64,000 nucleotides of DNA from positions 7,016-71,015 of the forward strand of contig JBGTBN010000035.1 in NCBI GenBank assembly GCA_041749375.1, read 5' to 3'. Positions 8,060-16,550 of this stretch are shown in pieces; the first letter of the stretch is position 1; each line of letters starts with the position of its first letter. The DNA comes from Spirochaetota bacterium. Lineage in GTDB: Bacteria > Spirochaetota > UBA4802 > UBA5550. The position numbers and the translations under genes were made by a program. The notes under the pieces were generated by a model, which worked only from the letters and a program-made list of their open reading frames with translations, searched no databases and was not told where the DNA came from.

Positions 8060-9874
8060 TTGAAGCTCATACCGATCCTTCTGCTGTTCGCCTGTGCCAA
8101 TTATCTCTACCTTGGAGTCGCAACCTACAGGCTTGACCGCCGGTCGCCCGTCAACCGGCTCGTTCTGCTGCTCTGCTGCGCCTTCGCCCTCTGGTCTTTT
8201 TCCTTCGCGTTCATGAATTCGAGCCAGGAGAGGGGAATAGCCCTTCTCTGGTACGCGCTCTCGACGATTGGATGGACCCTGTTCAGCCCCATTACCCTCC
8301 ATATCGCTCTCCTGATCTCGCACAACGAGCGGTATCTCAACCCGTACTCCATTTCGCTCATATACAGCACCTCGGTCATAAGCGTTATTATTATCGCAGT
8401 TTTTCTGATCGGCCCGGATGTCCTGACCAGGGTGCCGGGCGGATGGGTCCCGTCATATAACATCAGCCCGGCGCTGATGATCGCCTTCATAACATGGTAT
8501 CTGCTTTTCATGGTTATCGCGGGCATCGCCGTCTACCGGTGGGGCCGCCGATCCCCGTTCAAGCGGGAGAAGAAACAGGTAAAGATAATCCTCCTGACCT
8601 CCCTCGCGGCCCTCTCCCTGGGGTCAATTACGGATAATATTCTTCCGGCCCTGAACGTGCAGATCGTCCCGCTCACTGCCCCGATATTCGGCATGATCTG
8701 GATGTACGGGTTCTGGTACGTTATCAAGCGCTACCGGCTCCTTGCCCTCAATACGTCGTTCGCGGCCAAGGAGATCATCAACACCATGCACGACCATCTT
8801 ATCATGACCGACTTTAACGGTGCGGTCATACAGGCCAGTCCGCACACCTGCGAGGCCATGGGCCGCAGCGAGGATGATATCCGCGGCGTCCCGATAGCCA
8901 TTCTCGTCGCCGAGCAGGAGCGGCTTGACGAAGAGATCGTCAGGTTCCGCACGACCCCGCTGGACAGCCTGAGCGATGAATTCAAGCTGAAGATGAAGGC
9001 CGGCGGCTCGATCCCGGTGCGTCTTTCCGCGTCGGCCCTGCGCGACCGGGAGGGCGACCTGATGGGGATCGTGTTCGTGGGATACGATTTGCGCGAGACG
9101 AAAAAGCTCCTCGAGATGCAGAGGATCGCGGACATCGAGATGGAGATGGCCTCCCTTGTACAGTCCGGTATTTTTCCGCAAAACCCGCCGTCGGTCAGGG
9201 AGTGGCAGATCGCGGTGCTCTTCCGCCCCGTAACCCCGGTATCCGGGGACTTCTATGATTTTTACGAATCGAACGGGAAGCTGGAGGGGGTGTCCCTGTT
9301 TGACGTATCGGGCCACGGCGTGTCAGCCGGCCTTATCACCATGATAGCCTCCTCCGCCGTCCGCCATATATTCAGGGAGTGCTCAAGCGTTCCGCTGGGC
9401 GGGGTCATGGGCATCATCAACGAGGCGCTGGGGAAAGAGATCTGCCACGTGGACAATTTCCTCACCGGCATGCTGCTCAGGTTCAAGGATTTCGAGGTCG
9501 AGTACGCCAACGCGGCGCACACGCAGCTCCTGTGCAGGAGCGGTACGGACGGCTCGGTCTCCGTCGTCAACCGCGAGGGCGAGGATTTCAGGGGGCCGCT
9601 CCTCGGGATAAAAGAGGAAGGAATTTATTTTGATCAGCTGACATTTACCGTGACTCCGGGAGACCAGATCCTGGTATATTCCGACGCACTCGTCGAAACC
9701 ATGGACGCGGGGCGCATGCACTACGGCCAGGACAGGCTGGCGGAATCATTCCGGGCAGCGCCGGGGAACCCGATGGAGGCTGTGGAGCAGATCGTGCGCG
9801 ACGCGGAGAGCCACATGAACGGACTGCCATGGAAGGATGATCTCTCGATCATACTCATGAAGAGGATCATGTAG
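8060..9874 (+). CDS. Multi-TM sensor with PAS and PP2C/SpoIIE-type Ser/Thr phosphatase domain (RsbU-like)
   Basis: TTG start with a GGAG SD. About 7 TM helices, a PAS-like segment, and SpoIIE motifs SGDFYDFY..LFDVSGHGVSAGL..VYSDALVE. Confidence 0.85.
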   Translation: MKLIPILLLFACANYLYLGVATYRLDRRSPVNRLVLLLCCAFALWSFSFAFMNSSQERGIALLWYALSTIGWTLFSPITLHIALLISHNERYLNPYSISLIYSTSVISVIIIAVFLIGPDVLTRVPGGWVPSYNISPALMIAFITWYLLFMVIAGIAVYRWGRRSPFKREKKQVKIILLTSLAALSLGSITDNILPALNVQIVPLTAPIFGMIWMYGFWYVIKRYRLLALNTSFAAKEIINTMHDHLIMTDFNGAVIQASPHTCEAMGRSEDDIRGVPIAILVAEQERLDEEIVRFRTTPLDSLSDEFKLKMKAGGSIPVRLSASALRDREGDLMGIVFVGYDLRETKKLLEMQRIADIEMEMASLVQSGIFPQNPPSVREWQIAVLFRPVTPVSGDFYDFYESNGKLEGVSLFDVSGHGVSAGLITMIASSAVRHIFRECSSVPLGGVMGIINEALGKEICHVDNFLTGMLLRFKDFEVEYANAAHTQLLCRSGTDGSVSVVNREGEDFRGPLLGIKEEGIYFDQLTFTVTPGDQILVYSDALVETMDAGRMHYGQDRLAESFRAAPGNPMEAVEQIVRDAESHMNGLPWKDDLSIILMKRIM

Positions 9875-9968
9875 CTGGTGCAGCGTCGGAATAATTAACT
9901 TCCGAACGATAAACGTTTTTTACATGCTTTAGCTGATCCCGGTAAAAAACAGAGGCAGGAGGGTCGAG

Positions 9969-10388
9969 ATGGGGCTGAAGGGGGACTTCATCAGGGGCGT
10001 GCCGCCCGGGATAGACGAGCTCCGGGGTTATTATGAGGTGCGTCTTGTCACCGGTTTTTTGCCCGGCATACGCTTCTTCGGCCACAGGAAATTTTTCCCG
10101 GATGACGTCTCCCTGGAAAACGGCGGTTCCGGCGGCTATAACGAGTTCCTGGGATTTCTCCGTATCGGCAGTTTCAAGATCGGCGTGAAGGACTCGGTCC
10201 TGGGCGACGGGCAGCTCGTTCTTCACATTAATTACAACCGGAAAGGGAACTGCTTTCTCGTCAGGCCTCTCAACGACGAGCTGAAGAGGACCGGGGAGGG
10301 TCGTTACCTCGGCAGGGGCATATTCAGGTTCGGGAAGCTCGCGTTCAATTCATTCTATTTCACGGTAACACGTACCGGCCCGGCCTGA
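9969..10388 (+). CDS. Hypothetical protein related to the C-terminal module of the GMC ORF 855..3137
   Basis: AGGAGG SD. Shared blocks with 855..1505: LRGYYE/LEGEYR, RKFFP/GKAFLP, GYNEF/GYNLF, HINY/HVDY, VRPLNDELKR/MRPHDEIRK, YLGRG/FLGLG. Confidence 0.6.
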   Translation: MGLKGDFIRGVPPGIDELRGYYEVRLVTGFLPGIRFFGHRKFFPDDVSLENGGSGGYNEFLGFLRIGSFKIGVKDSVLGDGQLVLHINYNRKGNCFLVRPLNDELKRTGEGRYLGRGIFRFGKLAFNSFYFTVTRTGPA

Positions 10389-10420
10389 GACCGGCATGAT
10401 TCCATTGGAGGACAGGGCAT

Positions 10421-10858
10421 ATGAATGCACCAGAAAATAATGCGGGACTGCGGATCCTCAGGGGAAGATACGGCGCGATATTCAGCGCGGTCATGAACGC
10501 AATAATTCCGCGGGGCGGCGCCTTCGGGCCGGGAGCGGCGGATTATGACCTCCTGCCGCTGGCGGATGAGATAGTGAAGAGCTATGACCCCGCCATCAGG
10601 AAGTTATTCCCGCTGGTTCTTGACTACGTGCAGTTCAGTGCCCTGCTCCGGAAGGGGAGGCTGTTTACCGGCCTGGACGAGCGAAAGGGGATGGAGTTCC
10701 TCGGCTCGATGGAGCGGAGCCCCTTCTTGTACCGGCGCATGTTCATCTTGCTGCTCAAGCTGGTCACCATGCTCGCGTTTTACGATAGCGATGAAACGGC
10801 GCGGTTTGCCGGTTATGAGCACGACTGGTGTCATTTAAAAAAAGGACAGGCATCATGA
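10421..10858 (+). CDS. Small accessory subunit-like protein of the GMC oxidoreductase (gluconate 2-dehydrogenase subunit 3-like)
   Basis: 145 aa. Its stop overlaps the GMC start (ATGA). Assignment rests on position and general resemblance only. Confidence 0.5.
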   Translation: MNAPENNAGLRILRGRYGAIFSAVMNAIIPRGGAFGPGAADYDLLPLADEIVKSYDPAIRKLFPLVLDYVQFSALLRKGRLFTGLDERKGMEFLGSMERSPFLYRRMFILLLKLVTMLAFYDSDETARFAGYEHDWCHLKKGQAS

Positions 10859-12372
10859 TACGGACCTATAAAGACTACGCAGGCGATATACGGGAATCAT
10901 GCGATGTGTGCGTCATCGGAAGCGGACCGGGCGGCGGGGTCGTTGCCAAGGAGCTTGCGGAGAAAGGCTTCTCGGTGGTGCTTCTTGAGGAGGGCGGTCA
11001 TTACACGGTCAACGAGTGGGACGGGAAACCGGTCAGCGGACTCAGGGATATGTACCGGGGAGGCGGCTCCACCGGCACCATGGGCAGTCCGTTTATATCC
11101 ATCACGCTCGGGAAGTGCATCGGCGGCACCAGCACCGTGAATTCAGCTACCTGCTTCCGCACGCCCCGAGCAATTTTAAAAAAGTGGCGGGATGAGCTCG
11201 GCCTGGACGCCATGAGAGAGGATATCCTGGACCCTTATTTCGACCGGGTCGAGAAGATCCTCAACGTGACGGAGCTCACCTGGGACATCCTTGGAAATAA
11301 CGCGAAGATCGTGAAGCGCGGATGCGATAGCCTGGGCTATACCTGCAGGCCGCTCCATCACAACGTGAAGGACTGCAAGGGGTGCGGACCCTGCCAGTTC
11401 GGGTGCCCGGAGAACGCCAAGCAGAGCGTTAACGTCACCTACATCCCGATGGCGGACCGGCTCGGCGCGCGCATCTACGCCAACTGCAGGGCCGAGCGGA
11501 TCATCATCCGGGATGGGGCAGCGGTCGGCGTTGAGGGGTCGGTCGTCGACCCGCTCACGGGCAGGGCCGCGCGCCGCGTTTCAATCAGCTCTAAAATCGT
11601 CGTGTCTTCCTGCGGCGCGTTGATAACGCCGTCGCTCCTGATGTGGAGCGGGCTTGCGAACCGCAACATCGGCAGGCATCTGCAGATACATCCCGGCAGC
11701 AGGGTCGTTGCCCTGATGAACGAAACCGTAGAGGGATGGAAAGGGGTTTCGCAGGGCGCCTATATAGACGATTTCGAGAACGAGGGTATCATGATGGAGG
11801 GCGTGATGGTGCACCCCTCTCTGATTCTGGCCGCGCTGCCCGGTGTCGGGTTCCAGCACAAGGAGATGGCCGTGAAGTACAATTACCTGTCCGCGTTCGG
11901 CGTCATGGCGCATGACGAGACGGAAGGCCGGGTCCTGAAGGGAAGGGACCCGAGAAGGGGCATGGCGGTCACTGCCGTCTACCGGATTAAAAAGAACGAT
12001 GTCGAGAAGCTCAAGCGGGGCATCGCGTATCTCTCCAGCATATATTTCGCGGCAGGCGCCGTGCGCGTATACACCGGCATCTCGAAGGTGCCGGTGCTGA
12101 ATTCACCGGAGGAGGCGGCCCGGCTCCTGGAAACGAGGATCAGGGCGAACCAGGTCGAGACGCTGGCCTTTCATCCCCTGGGATCGTGCCGCATGGCAGC
12201 GGACCCGGCTGCGGGCGCCGTCGACCGATGCGGGGAGTCCTTCGAGGTGAAAAATCTGTACGTCGCGGACGGGAGCATCATACCGACATCGCTCGGGGTG
12301 AACCCCCAGATTACGATCATGGCGGTCTCGAACCTTGTTGCCGATTCGATAGCGCGGCGGCTCAACGGTTAG
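10855..12372 (+). CDS. GMC-family FAD oxidoreductase
   Basis: FAD motif VCVIGSGPGGGVVAKELAEKG. C-terminal block HPLGSCRM..VADGSIIPTSLGVNPQITIMA. Confidence 0.9.
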   Translation: MIRTYKDYAGDIRESCDVCVIGSGPGGGVVAKELAEKGFSVVLLEEGGHYTVNEWDGKPVSGLRDMYRGGGSTGTMGSPFISITLGKCIGGTSTVNSATCFRTPRAILKKWRDELGLDAMREDILDPYFDRVEKILNVTELTWDILGNNAKIVKRGCDSLGYTCRPLHHNVKDCKGCGPCQFGCPENAKQSVNVTYIPMADRLGARIYANCRAERIIIRDGAAVGVEGSVVDPLTGRAARRVSISSKIVVSSCGALITPSLLMWSGLANRNIGRHLQIHPGSRVVALMNETVEGWKGVSQGAYIDDFENEGIMMEGVMVHPSLILAALPGVGFQHKEMAVKYNYLSAFGVMAHDETEGRVLKGRDPRRGMAVTAVYRIKKNDVEKLKRGIAYLSSIYFAAGAVRVYTGISKVPVLNSPEEAARLLETRIRANQVETLAFHPLGSCRMAADPAAGAVDRCGESFEVKNLYVADGSIIPTSLGVNPQITIMAVSNLVADSIARRLNG

Positions 12373-12389
12373 CGGCGGCTCCGGCACGG

Positions 12390-13223
12390 TCACCCGCCGT
12401 TCGTCCCGCCACCGGAAGTGCCCGGGTCATACTTGCCAAGGCATTCGGGGCACAGGCTGTGGGTGAATACCATGTCCTTGTTGTCGCGCAGGTACTCCTC
12501 TATGGAGGTCCATGAGTCCGGGTGGAAAGGCCGGCTGTTGTCAGTCCGGATTTTTTTGCAGCCGGCACATATGGGAAGCAGCCGCTCGATCTCGGCCAGA
12601 CGCGCTGCCGCAGTGCGGTACCGCCTCACCTGCTGTATAAACCCTGCGGTTATCCCGATCATGATCAACAGGATGGCTGATCCTGCGAGGATGCCCATGA
12701 CCTTCTGGTCCCCGTCCGCGTGCTTCTGAATGGCGAGAACCGACCGGTCAAGCGACTCCACCAGTGCTTCGTTGTGGGAAAGAACATACGCAAGCGAAGC
12801 ATCGTTTTTTCGATTGATATAACTGATGACGTTTTCCTCGAAATGCTCCCACTGGCGGACGGCGGCGTAAAGCAGCCGCCGGCTTCCCGGGTCGTCCATT
12901 TCCGGTACGTTGACGTATTCGGTTTGCTCCATGCCCAGCGGGATGGCCCCGCCTTCGGCAACGGCGTGTATCGCATCATTGAACACGGCGAGTGTCCTCT
13001 CCACCTCGCTTTTCTTAACCGCGCCGTCCCGGTACAGCAGCACGTATTTCGTTATTTTCTGGGAGAGCATGCGGAGCCGCCCGACGCTGTTGATGCGGGC
13101 ATTGTCGTTGATCTGCATCTCCACGTACTTGGGGATCATGAGTGATGCCAGCATGAGGGGGAGCAGGAGCGCTGCATATATTACATAAACAAGATACGGC
13201 TTTTTGCCGGCTGGTGTATTCAT
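12390..13223 (-). CDS. Two-TM sensor with a PilJ/NarX-type periplasmic domain and a C-terminal Cys4 zinc-ribbon-like tail
   Basis: INSVGRLRMLSQKITK is a PilJ-N type motif. A second TM helix is followed by ICAGCKKIRTD...WTSIEEYL...FTHSLCPEC. Confidence 0.75.
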   Translation of the reverse strand: MNTPAGKKPYLVYVIYAALLLPLMLASLMIPKYVEMQINDNARINSVGRLRMLSQKITKYVLLYRDGAVKKSEVERTLAVFNDAIHAVAEGGAIPLGMEQTEYVNVPEMDDPGSRRLLYAAVRQWEHFEENVISYINRKNDASLAYVLSHNEALVESLDRSVLAIQKHADGDQKVMGILAGSAILLIMIGITAGFIQQVRRYRTAAARLAEIERLLPICAGCKKIRTDNSRPFHPDSWTSIEEYLRDNKDMVFTHSLCPECLGKYDPGTSGGGTNGG

Positions 13224-13388
13224 TGTATTTTTCCTCGCGGTCTGTTAACGAGAGCTAAAAAAAGAGAATGCACCTCTCGATTGCGCCTTGGTATGAAATT
13301 AATGATAACGGCTTTTCGGGTCAATGATTTCCGTATTATAATGAGTAAAGGGTAAAAAAAATGTTACAGGCAAATGCCCGCTTAGTTA

Positions 13389-13417
13389 TTGACACGGTAT
13401 GGTTGCCATGCTAGAGT
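13389..13417 (+). promoter_or_regulatory. Sigma70-type promoter candidate TTGACA-N17-TAGAGT
   Basis: TTGACA at 13389-13394 and TAGAGT at 13412-13417, about 50 nt upstream of the lipoprotein ATG at 13470. Confidence 0.45.
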
Positions 13418-13469
13418 AGCTGCGCTTCATGCCTTTGCATTCAACAATTCAATCAGAGGTCGGTGCAAT

Positions 13470-14108
13470 ATGATACGCAGAACGTATAATTCAATCGGCG
13501 TTGCAGGGATCGTAACTTTTGCCATTCTCGCCGTATCCTGTTCGACCGCGAAAATATCAGTGAACAAGGCGGACTTCGCCAGGCTGAAGAGCATCGCGGT
13601 CGTCGATTTCGAAACCGGGCCCGGCATACCCGCGGTCATAGCGGATGAATGCGAGGAGGCCTTCAGAGGCCATTTCGTAGATGTCGGTAAAAACGTGGTA
13701 GAGCGGGCCAGGCTCAATGCGATTTTAAAGGAGGTGGAGCGCTCGCAGGCGGGGATCGTGGAGAATTCCGAGGAGATAGGCAGGCTTTCCGGCGCGCAGG
13801 CGCTTTTCATGGGTACCGTAACCAGGAACTCGGAAGACGTAAGGGTGGTTGAATATATCGAATATGTCAAGAACCCGGTAACAAAGGAAACAGAGAAAAT
13901 AAAGAAAAGGAAGAAGATGAAGTATTTCACGTTCCAGGTGCAGGCTCGCCTCGTATCCACTGCAACCGGGGCCACTATAATGACCATCAAGAACGAGAGG
14001 CCGGAGCGCTCATACGAGATGACGAGCTCGATCACTCTCACCGGGTTCAGGGAATATATTCTAGACCAGATGGGCAAGGACATGAAGAAGGCTTTAAAAG
14101 CTGATTAG
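13470..14108 (+). CDS. Lipoprotein (CsgG/LpoB-like pattern suspected)
   Basis: Signal peptide with lipobox AILAVSC. The pattern IAVVDFE...VVERARLNAILKE...GAQALFMGTV resembles CsgG-like lipoproteins. Confidence 0.65.
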   Translation: MIRRTYNSIGVAGIVTFAILAVSCSTAKISVNKADFARLKSIAVVDFETGPGIPAVIADECEEAFRGHFVDVGKNVVERARLNAILKEVERSQAGIVENSEEIGRLSGAQALFMGTVTRNSEDVRVVEYIEYVKNPVTKETEKIKKRKKMKYFTFQVQARLVSTATGATIMTIKNERPERSYEMTSSITLTGFREYILDQMGKDMKKALKAD

Positions 14109-14115
14109 GAGGTTT

Positions 14116-14880
14116 GTGACTGCGGATAATGTAGTAGATGGACAATATTCTACACAAGGTTGGAATAGATATGCCTATGTGCATAATAATCCTATAAGGT
14201 ATAAGGATCCGACTGGGCATATATCGATGACCGGGTCACCTGAAGGAGATGAAGCATTAGCTAGAAAGGATCCTAAAGCATATATAGCATTAAGTGAAAA
14301 AAATGCTGTAATACATAAAAATTTAATGGAAGGGAGTGAAAAATTACTAAAGGCAAAAGGTGATAGACTTCTTAAATATGGTAGTCCAATAGAAAAACTA
14401 ACAAAAGAATCATATTCTAGTAATATAACTTCCACATTTGACACAAGATCATTCAAAGATATCGGGTTTCATGCCCACAAGGGCATTGATGTTAAGGCAG
14501 ATGAAGGGACTCAAATTTTGGCAACATATGAGGGAAAAATCGAATTTAAAAAAGCATCTGAAAGAACATCTAAAGGTCAAGCACTGAAAGATAAGAATGG
14601 CGATCCATTACTAACGGGATATGGTTATCACGCAGTAATTACACACCCGGATGGTTCGACATCATTGTATGGACATATGAATAAAAAAGATTGGGAAGCT
14701 GCACAGGAACAGTATACTAAAAAAGATGAATCGGGTAATTTATTAAATTCTGTTAATAAGGGAGATAAAATTGGTGGTGTTGGATCATCGGGTTATTCTA
14801 CAGGTAATCATTTGCATTTCGAAATTCGGATAAATGATTCTCCTGTTGATCCCATAAAAGTGTTCAAGAAAACACTTTGA
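14116..14880 (+). CDS. Orphan Rhs/YD-repeat C-terminal tip fused to an M23 metallopeptidase toxin domain
   Basis: Begins at a GTG after AGGAGG. N-terminus WNRYAYVHNNPIRYKDPTGH matches the end of the RHS core (DPxG motif). M23 motifs HKGID (HxxxD) and GNHLHFE (HxH) are present. The region is AT-rich. Confidence 0.8.
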   Translation: MTADNVVDGQYSTQGWNRYAYVHNNPIRYKDPTGHISMTGSPEGDEALARKDPKAYIALSEKNAVIHKNLMEGSEKLLKAKGDRLLKYGSPIEKLTKESYSSNITSTFDTRSFKDIGFHAHKGIDVKADEGTQILATYEGKIEFKKASERTSKGQALKDKNGDPLLTGYGYHAVITHPDGSTSLYGHMNKKDWEAAQEQYTKKDESGNLLNSVNKGDKIGGVGSSGYSTGNHLHFEIRINDSPVDPIKVFKKTL

Positions 14881-14904
14881 ATATTTAACGGAGTAATAAC
14901 TGAA

Positions 14905-15510
14905 ATGAAAAATATTGTTGTCATAATTATTATTTTTTTAAACATTATATGCTTTGGTTGCAAAGAAAAAGATGATAAAAAGGATATAACCCAAAGTGTA
15001 GTAAAAGTGCAAAAATTATTATTAAGAGATAGTCCTAATCAAAATGCAAAGGTTTTAGCAGTTTTATTAATTGATGATAAAATTGAGATTATTGAAAAAA
15101 CTAATCATATATCAATCATCGATGGTATGGAGAGAAACTGGTATAAAATTAAAACGTCTCAAAATATTGTTGGTTATGTTTTTAGTGGATACTTAAAAGA
15201 ACCAGATGACAGAGAATATCAAATGAATGATAAGCCATTTGATGTCACTGGATGTTGGGCAGAGTATTTGGATCCCCCTAATCAAATTTATTGTTTTTAT
15301 AAGGGTGGAAAATTTGAAAGGAAATTTCAGAGCGAAGAAAAAGGGGAAGAAATATTTACGGGTAAATTTTTATATAATGGGAATAATGCAATAAGAATTA
15401 AAGAAGATAAGAAAGATGAGTATATCATTAGGGTTTTTTTACATAATGGAAAAACAACATTGAAATACGATGACTATTTCTTTGATCCGGAATTGCATTC
15501 GAATGACTGA
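14905..15510 (+). CDS. SH3b-domain lipoprotein, candidate immunity protein
   Basis: Signal/lipobox NIICFGC. SH3-like block LLLRDSPNQNAKVLAVL...NWYKIKTSQNIVGYVFSGYL. Lies directly downstream of the toxin with the same AT-rich composition. Confidence 0.65.
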   Translation: MKNIVVIIIIFLNIICFGCKEKDDKKDITQSVVKVQKLLLRDSPNQNAKVLAVLLIDDKIEIIEKTNHISIIDGMERNWYKIKTSQNIVGYVFSGYLKEPDDREYQMNDKPFDVTGCWAEYLDPPNQIYCFYKGGKFERKFQSEEKGEEIFTGKFLYNGNNAIRIKEDKKDEYIIRVFLHNGKTTLKYDDYFFDPELHSND

Positions 15511-15868
15511 ACTGAACCATAAAATGGGTTGAATTGGTAAAGCCCTTATGAAAGCCCTGCATATACTACTGTCGTCTAATTTAGCATTATACGAATTTCG
15601 TTTATTGTTAAATATCATATTCTTTACTGAAACTGAAATACCAATAAAGTGATTAGTGACGGTAATCGTCGAATAGATATTAGAAAAATAGAGTTATCAA
15701 AACCATTCGCCGGAGGATAACTGGACGTCGGAAGCACAAATTCAAGGCTATGAAGGACTTCGGGAATACTTTGAATAAAAGAAGAATAAAATATTAAAAA
15801 TGTATTGAAAAAAACATGATAGGTCATTAGCTTTTCTATAGTCCTTATTTCATAGCAAGGTGATATGC

Positions 15869-16078
15869 ATGGAAGCGTTAAAGTATAAAACAATCGTAAA
15901 GAATGATGGCGTCATTAACCTTACCGGCGTTCCCTTCAAGAAAGGCCAGGAATTGGAAATGATAATCCTCATTGAACCCCTTGCGGAAAAGCGGGAGGGC
16001 AGCGGCAAGAAATTCAATGCGGTGAAGATTAACACGTCCGGATTCAAGTTCGACCGGGAAGTCGCAAAAGAGCGATAG
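15869..16078 (+). CDS. Antitoxin-like small protein (AbrB/AF2212-like)
   Basis: 69 aa. The block KNDGVINLTGVPFKKGQELEMIILIE resembles AF2212/DUF104-type antitoxins. It directly precedes a PIN ORF. Confidence 0.55.
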   Translation: MEALKYKTIVKNDGVINLTGVPFKKGQELEMIILIEPLAEKREGSGKKFNAVKINTSGFKFDREVAKER

Positions 16079-16184
16079 CGTTTTTTTTGATACTAATATT
16101 GTCCTATATCTCTATTCAGGGGATGAGCCGGAGAAACAGCGCCGCAGTCAGGCGCTGGTTGATTCTCATGACGGCATAATCAGC

Positions 16185-16475
16185 ATGCAGGTGCTGAATG
16201 AATTTTCCAGCACGCTACGCAAGAAATTTAAGTTTGAATATGATATAATTGATTCCGCAGTTAAGGAACTTTCCGCAGGCTTCACTGTCGTACCGCAAAA
16301 CCTGCAGACAATATTTTCCGCATTCAGCATCGGGAATCGATACGGCTATTCCTATTATGACAGCCTCATTGTTGCCACGGCTCGTGAAAAGGGCTGCAAG
16401 GTCCTCTATTCCGAAGATCTGCAACACGGCCAGGTCATTGAAGATACGTTGACAATAATCAATCCATTTGCATGA
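16185..16475 (+). CDS. PIN-domain (VapC-like) toxin, N-terminus unresolved
   Basis: C-terminal PIN blocks YYDSLIVATAREKGCKVLYSEDLQHG. In-frame upstream codons (from 16080) encode VFFDTNIVLYLY, which includes the first catalytic Asp, but contain no ATG/GTG/TTG. Confidence 0.65.
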   Translation: MQVLNEFSSTLRKKFKFEYDIIDSAVKELSAGFTVVPQNLQTIFSAFSIGNRYGYSYYDSLIVATAREKGCKVLYSEDLQHGQVIEDTLTIINPFA

Positions 16476-16550
16476 TATACCGTCTAATTTTTGTATCCAT
16501 TGTTTTCCGGTGTGACATACATTTTTTTGAAAAAAATCAATCTTTTTTCG

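Noticed and set aside
15695-15778. A possible gene remnant in the AT-rich island encoding ..SYQNHSPEDNWTSEAQIQGYEGLREYFE*
   Set aside because: It is only 28 codons after an in-frame stop and has no start codon or recognisable family. It cannot be supported from sequence alone.
15624-15893. An 89-aa minus-strand ORF in the AT-rich island
   Set aside because: It has no SD and a Phe/Ile/Leu-rich translation typical of random AT-rich sequence. It also overlaps the antitoxin start region.
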